64,000 nucleotides of DNA from Octopus bimaculoides (lineage: Eukaryota). A program made the position numbers and the translations under genes. Positions 60,871 through 64,000 of this stretch are shown here, one piece after another. The notes under the pieces were generated by a model. That model had not been told where the DNA came from and did no database searches. It worked only from the letters and a program-made list of their open reading frames with translations. The stretch spans positions 76,307,602 to 76,371,601 of the forward strand of contig NC_068986.1 in the NCBI RefSeq assembly GCF_001194135.2. The letters run 5' to 3'. Each line of letters starts with the position of its first letter. Position 1 is the stretch's first letter.

Positions 60871-61686
60871 AAAGAAGCTTTCCTAGATCTGCAGATGATA
60901 TACTCATCATCATCATCATCATTTAACATCTGTTTTTCATGCTGGCATGGGTTGGATAGTTCAACAGGAACTAGCAGTTCAGAAGATTGCACCAAGTTCT
61001 GCTGCCTTCTTTGGCATGGTTTCTACAGCTGGATGCCCTTGCTATTGCCAACCACTTTACAGAGTACACTGGGTGCTTTTTACATGGCACCAGCCTTGGT
61101 GAGGTTGCCAAGTAACATGTAAGACAAGAACCTCTCGACCAAGGTGGGGAGTAGNNNNNNNNNNNNNNNNNNNNNNNNNNNNNNNNNNNNNNNNNNNNNN
61201 NNNNNNNNNNNNNNNNNNNNNNNNNNNNNNNNNNNNNNAGAGGAGATAGTGGTGGTGGTGGTGGTGGTGGTGGTGGTGGTGGTGGTTATACCTTGCAAGC
61301 TACAGGGAGGTATATATAGTGAAGTGGACTGGGGATTAAAGAAAGTTAAGTTTGTGAGATTGCAAAAAGGAGAGTGGAAGATGGAGAAGGTGGAGAAAAT
61401 CCAATGAGTGGGCACAGGTAGAGGAAAGGGGATATTAGGAGGTTTAACAGGAACAAATTATATGCAGGTAGGTCTCTGAGGGAGAGTAAGATGCATACAG
61501 ATTTGTGATAAACATTGACCAACGAAGGCCCAACACAATCTAAATTTTCTTCCCTTTGTAAACAGCAACTGGACAGTTTTTAGCCTGCATTAGTTACTTG
61601 TAAATACTAGATTTTTTTTCATAGTATCTTGTTTATGATAACACCACTGTCTGTTGTAAGATATTTTTCTGAAGTACTTTATGATA

Positions 61687-62590
61687 TCATCATCATCCTT
61701 TAACCTCCATTTTCTATGCTGGCATGGGTTGGATGTTTTGACCAAAGCTGGTAAACCAGTGAGCTGGCGAGCCAGAGAGCTGGCGAGCCAGAGAGCTGCA
61801 CCAGGTTCCAGTCTGATATAGCTTGGCTTCTATAGTTGGATGTCCTTCCTAACACCAATCGCTTGACAGTGTGTGCTGTGTGCTTTTAGCATAGCACCAG
61901 CATGAGTGCTTTTTACATGGCACCAGCATTGGTCTTTTGCAGGCCAATCCTTTTCACCAATAGATGCGGCCTTAACACTTCTGCTATGGAAGACAGGTCT
62001 CCTTGAGTAAACAAGGCACCAGTTATCCTGGTCCTTTGTCATCTCATCTGAATGGTTCAGTGTCCTCCTTCATTATTTCATCCTGTGTCTTCCTGGGTCT
62101 CCCCTCTTCCATGAGTTCCATCCACTTAGAGAGATCAGCATTTCTTTATGGAACTGTCAGCATCCATCCACATAACATGACCAAACCAGTGCAGTCTTTT
62201 ATCTTGCACGCTGCATCTAATTCCTCCTGTGCTTAACTTCTCTTTCAATGCACCAGCACTCAGTTGAACATGTACACTTACATTACACATTCAGCAGAGC
62301 ATACTAGTCTCATTCCTCTGCATGTCCTCTTCATTCAGGGCCCACATTTCACTACTCTGTTGAATTGCTGTTCATATATATGCATCATACAATCTTTTCA
62401 CCTGGAGAGAGAAACCTTTGGTTGCCAACAGAGGTAAAAGCTCTCTGAATTTTCTCCATCCCACTCTTATTCTATCTATTACACTTTCTGTACATCTTCC
62501 ACTGCTACTAATTTGGTCTCCTAGGTAGCAGAAATTATCCACTCTATTTCCTGTGAATATTTTTGTTTTTTTAATTGTTGCATTTGCCAT
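61687..62590 (-). mobile_element. Older 5'-truncated RTE LINE (RT C-terminus through 3' tail)
   Basis: NFCYLGDQISSSGRCTESVIDRIRVGWRKFRELLPLLATKG on the minus strand, with the (CAT)n tail at ~61687. Confidence 0.8.
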
Positions 62591-63061
62591 TTCATGGTTT
62601 AAAATATTTTAAAGTGAGTAGTCTTGTAGCTCTTCTATAAAAACCTGCTGTTTTCCCCCCACACCCACTTCCTTCAGGTTTGTAGTCTTGCAGACTGCAT
62701 GATGACTTCAATAGTGCTGCTGCCATGAAAAGAGCATTCAGTACATACTGTAAAGTGGTTGGTGTTAGAAAGGGCATCCAGCCCTAGAAACCATGCCAAA
62801 GTAGTCACTGGAGTACAATGCAATCCTAGGACCTATCAGATCCTGTCAAGCTATCCAACCAATACCAGCATGGAACATGGACACTAAATCATGATGATGA
62901 TACCATGTCTGTCCTATTTTCAACAAACATCTATGGTACAAATAGTCTGAGCACAGAATACTAGTAGTAATTGAACTGTTGACATTTTTTTCAGAATTTA
63001 TTTAAGTTGTTCAGTATTTAGATATTTACTATCTTTGTCTTTACATATTTATTAAACGTCA

Positions 63062-63275
63062 TTAACCCTTTTGATGCCAACCCATTTGAGACCGCTCCTG
63101 TTTCTGTGACACAAACTTCCAGTTTTAAAGTCACCTAAATTAAAACCTATCAAAATTTCATGTTGATTTATGTTCCGAGTACCAGTTTAATAATGACAAA
63201 GTTATTTTACTAACTTCTTCATTATTTTCAAAATTAATTAACACGAAGGTAGAAATATGGTTACAAAAGGGTTAA
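63062..63275. mobile_element. piggyBac-like MITE, second family, ~105 bp upstream of exon 14
   Basis: TTAA-CCCTTTTG...CAAAAGGG-TTAA. Confidence 0.7.
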
Positions 63276-63381
63276 TCTAAACTTCTAAATGTGTTAGTTC
63301 TATTTGACAGATTTCCAAAATGACCTTGTTAAATGCATTGTCATCATTGTTTTCTATTATTTTTTTTATTATTTTCTTCAG

Positions 63382-63564
63382 GACATAGCTCGAGATTGTC
63401 TTCGCATTCAAAGCCTTCAGATGTTTGGAGATTATTTGTGTGGTATTGAAACCCCAATGCTATCTTTTGATGTTGAAACTAAATGTTACTCTTCAACAGA
63501 ACCCAGTTTATTAATAGATGAAGCAGAACTTGAAATGAATATTGAACAATATGTTACATCTGAG
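63382..63564 (+). CDS. SMG6: SMG6 exon 14 (DIARDCLRIQSLQMFGDYLCGIETPMLSFD...VTSE); the gene continues beyond the window and the PIN domain is not included
   Basis: Acceptor cttcag|, donor GAG|GTGAGT, phases 0/0. Matches human AADCKRVTVLKYFLEALCGQEEPLLAF. Confidence 0.92.
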
Positions 63565-64000
63565 GTGAGTCTTTGCCTTTTATGAACACACACACACACA
63601 CANNNNNNNNNNNNNNNNNNNNNNNNNNNNNNNNNNNNNNNNNNNNNNNNNNNNNNNNNNNNNNNNNNNNNNNNNNNNNNNNNNNNNNNNNNNNNNNNNN
63701 NNNNNNNNNNNNNNNNNNNNNNNNNNNNNNNNNNNNNNNNNNNNNNNNNNNNNNNNNNNNNNNNNNNNNNNNNNNNNNNNNNNNNNNNNNNNNNNNNNNN
63801 NNNNNNNNNNNNNNNNNNNNNNNNNNNNNNNNNCAATGATAGCCACAAATAAGTTAATCCTAACAGCTAGCCATCAAAAATGACCTTTTACTGAAAATCT
63901 ACATTCTCAGCATAGCAAAAAAAATAAAAAGGTAACCATCATAAGGGAGATTGCTTTTTCTTCTTTTTTTAACAAGCTCTGTACTGTCACATAGCTAAAA

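Overview
Eukaryotic, AT-rich, repeat-dense genomic DNA with many short N gaps. The SINE/RTE repeat content looks like an octopod cephalopod (probably Octopus); this is inferred from remembered repeat families, not from a search. One protein-coding gene spans the window on the + strand: SMG6/EST1A, the NMD endonuclease and telomerase-associated protein. I reconstructed 14 coding exons (4654 to 63564, about 1,250 codons) by checking splice sites and reading-frame phase by hand, and by similarity to my recollection of human SMG6. They cover the disordered N-terminus with EJC-binding motifs, the 14-3-3-like/TPR domain and the following helical region. The 3' end of exon 7 falls in an assembly gap, intron 10 needs a GC donor, and the C-terminal PIN nuclease exons lie beyond the window. 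The introns hold at least three tRNA-derived SINE families, many RTE-clade LINE fragments and 3' tails, a decayed Gypsy element, mariner/hAT/piggyBac-type MITEs, Helitron-like ends, a foldback element, a minisatellite and microsatellites. The best second-look items are: an out-of-frame uORF overlapping the SMG6 start (possible NMD autoregulation); a PHD finger inserted inside the RT of the resident RTE LINE; a Penelope-type minimal hammerhead-ribozyme-like motif; variable-number double-hairpin modules in the RTE 3'UTR; tandem SINE+Helitron-end chimeras; and inverted SINE pairs that could form dsRNA in the pre-mRNA. There is no CRISPR array, rRNA or true tRNA gene. No computation or database search was run; all alignments are by eye or from memory.
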